Positions 61,401 through 64,000 of a stretch of DNA of 64,000 nt are shown here, in pieces (position 1 is the stretch's first letter; every line of letters starts with the position of its first letter). The translations under genes and the position numbers were made by a program. Origin of the DNA: Felis catus. Taxonomy: Eukaryota. The stretch is from positions 40,178,001 to 40,242,000 of the forward strand of contig NC_058368.1 in assembly GCF_018350175.1 (NCBI RefSeq), in the 5' to 3' direction. The notes below the pieces were generated by a model. That model saw only the letters and a list, made by a program, of their open reading frames with translations. It searched no databases and was not told the DNA's origin.

Positions 61401-61914
61401 TTTTGTTTTGCTTTAATTTTATTTTTAATTTTTCTAATAAGGTCCATTGCCATTTTAATGAAATCAGGAATGCCTACACCTAACTCCATCTTTCCTACAC
61501 ATTTACATTTTCATTTTTGGTTTTTTCCCTCACCAAGTTTAAATATTTCATTACTGAGACTGATGATTCTTTGTTTCCTACCACCATCCCCAAGAATAGA
61601 AGTAAAGTACAGGACAGGCATGACGGTACAGAGAGGGCAGAAGAGAGGGAGGAGGGGAAAGATGAGATCCCTCATTTCAGCCAGTGCTCCGATACATGAA
61701 AAATATAAAGTCTGGGGGTAGTGATTACAAGTGTTTTCTCAAAAAGAGTCACAGTGATCCTAATTTGAATTAATTATACTCTCCACATAGTCAAAGTGTA
61801 AGAATTCTAATGAATGCTGTTGAGGATGGGGATGAGAGACAAAGAATTACCAGTCTCAGTGATGAAATATTTAAATTTGATGGGAAATACCCAAAAATGA
61901 AAATGTAGATATCT

Positions 61915-62105
61915 GGGGCACCTGGGTGGCTCAGTCGGTAAAGTGTCCAACTTTGGCTCAGGTCATGATCTCACAGTTCATGAGTTTGAGCCGCACATCA
62001 GGCTCTCTGCTGTCAGCACAGAGCCTGCTTTGGGTCCTCTGTCCCCACTCCTGCTCGTTCTCTCTCTTTCTCTGAAAACAAATAAACAAACTTAAAAAAA
62101 AAAAA
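61915..62105 (+). mobile_element. CanSINE
   Basis: TSD gaaaatgtagatatct / gaaaatgtagttatct at 61899-61914 and 62106-62121. Confidence 0.93.
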
Positions 62106-63464
62106 GAAAATGTAGTTATCTAGGTAAGATGGAATTAAGTCTAAGCATCCAGTCTCCCCTTTTCCACAACCCCGTATTATTATAGATTATTTACTCAAAA
62201 CCATGGCATAAACATGAGAAATTAGCAGAGGATTACACAATGCTTAAATTAAAAAAAATTAATGATATGGAAAAAGTTTTATAATAAATTGTTAAATGGT
62301 AAAAGACTATTACAAAAAAAATAAAAGACTATTAGAAAACTATGTGTACATTTTAATTCTTCTCCCCTCTGTCACCCATATTTTGAAGGATATTTACTCA
62401 ACTATCAAAAATAGTTATACTTGGGTGGGAGTAAATTTTACTTTCTCCATATCTTTTTGTTCCTGCCATATTAAGCATGGGTTACTATTTTAATGAAAAA
62501 ATTTCAGTAAATACTTAAGCTTTTGCTAATTGACACTTTCTGAAAGGTATTTTCCCCTTTGATGACCCATATCATGCACACACTTTCCTACATTTTTGAG
62601 AATAGATCAGTTACTACTTCTTAAATTGCACTATTTACAACCATAATCTAATGAAGCATTTTATTTGGGGTCAGAGACTGGGACACATTGCTAAGCCTTG
62701 GGACTGACTCAAGAAAACTGGTAAATTTAGCTACTTAGTATTAGGAGCTTGAGACAGCTCCATTCTCACTCATTAGGAACTTGGAGTGATTACTTGCATT
62801 CTAAAGAAACCAAATGTCTTTGAATATTTTATAAATAAGACAAGCCACATAATATGCTATTTTGAATGTTCTAGTGTTTTGATACTGCATAATGTGATGC
62901 AGCCTGACATTACAGAGATCAGCTTCTTTTTTGTTTGATGCTGTTCTTAAAATGTTTTATTACAAATCATTATGCAACATGTGCATTTATCTTCATATTA
63001 CAGTGACAATATATTTGTAAATCACGGAATTACTGCATTATATTTGCATTTATTTCCTTTGGTAAAACAATAGTTATATATTTTATTCTTATAATTTATA
63101 CAACCTTATTCATGCACACACTAAAAAAAACAGCAACAAAACCCTAAACTTTTTGTAATCACACAGCTATAAACACACCAAGAAAAAGATGTGATAATTA
63201 AATGCTTTTGAGTATACAATGAAGATGCTACTGAGAGAAAATAGTTCATTTTAGAATTTCCATTAATTTTAGGCTTACTGAAATCTAAGTGGCAGCCAAG
63301 GGAAAAATACTTATTTAGACACTGAGTTGAGTAGTTTATTTAACAAATACTAAGTGCCTACTATGTGTTATGCCCCACTATAAACTCCAGGAGTACAATA
63401 CTAAAGAATAAATAATTTTTCTCATGGACATTGCAATTTCTGTTCATTTAATTTTTTCCCCTTA

Positions 63465-64000
63465 AATAGAGTTTACATTTTAGAGCAGATTTAAGTTATC
63501 ATCAAAAATAGAGGAGAAGGTGCCCAGGTATCACATATACACACCCACCTATGCATAACTTTCCTCATTATCAATATTTCTACCAGAATGGAACATTTTT
63601 ACAATCTATAAACTTACATTGACACATCATATCACCCGAAGTCCATGTTTAAGGCTCGCTTTAGATGTTGTACATTCTGTTGTTTGAATAAATTCTACTG
63701 GTTTATCATATGTACCCATCTTTGCAGTATACAGAGCAGTTTTACTGCCCTGAAAATACGATGCTCCTATTTATCCCTTCCTTCCCCCAATCCCTGTCAT
63801 TGCTTTAGCTGGGCATTCCAATAGAATGTTGAAGTGTTGAAAGAGGATATGCTTGGCTTGTATCTGATCTCAGTGGGAAAGCTTCCAGTTTCTGACCATT
63901 AAGTATGATGTGAGCAGGAGGGTTTTGTATATGTTTTTTATCAAACTGAGAAAATTCTCCTTTATTCCCAGTTGCTGAGAGTTTTTGTCACAAATGCGTG
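63465..64000 (-). mobile_element. L1MC-like 3' end joined to an upstream ORF2 portion (antisense)
   Basis: ttttagagcag, tacattgacacatcat..cacccgaagtccat and gatctcagtgggaaagcttccagttt..accattaagtatgatg motifs. Confidence 0.75.

Noticed and set aside
61296..61721. 141-aa ORF with a hydrophobic N-terminus (membrane protein?)
   Set aside because: The hydrophobic stretch is the translation of the (TTTTA)n microsatellite.

Overview
AT-rich, repeat-dense mammalian non-coding DNA (intergenic or deep intronic). It is almost certainly from a felid, judging by about 24 tRNA-derived CanSINEs, including young cat-type SINEC_Fc copies, and felid/carnivore L1s. I find no supportable host protein-coding exon, RNA gene or CRISPR array. 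The recognisable ORFs in the track are L1 ORF2 fragments; the rest look like chance frames over SINEs, L2, microsatellites or unique sequence. Main content: a 5'-intact but 3'-truncated, disabled L1 (34286-40429); two 5'-truncated L1s (10042-12676, 22654-24103); several short L1 3' ends; old L1M and L2 relics; solo LTRs; MER58A, MER5 and MER20 DNA transposons; and simple repeats. The most interesting structure is at small scale. There are several scars of templated or fold-back DNA synthesis: a triple snap-back insert at 11295-11340, a 91-bp inverted copy of a site 1.5 kb away at 13356-13446, a patchwork junction at 24358-24466 and a TAGGTAC mosaic at 58991-59131. Two TSD-less L1 pieces are complementary halves with a 57-bp overlap, in swapped order. 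There is also a perfect 22-bp palindrome centred on a CArG box, a strong CTCF motif and inverted SINE pairs. Repeat subfamily names come from recalled consensus sequences and need RepeatMasker/Dfam confirmation. I do not see evidence for a new protein-based biological system.
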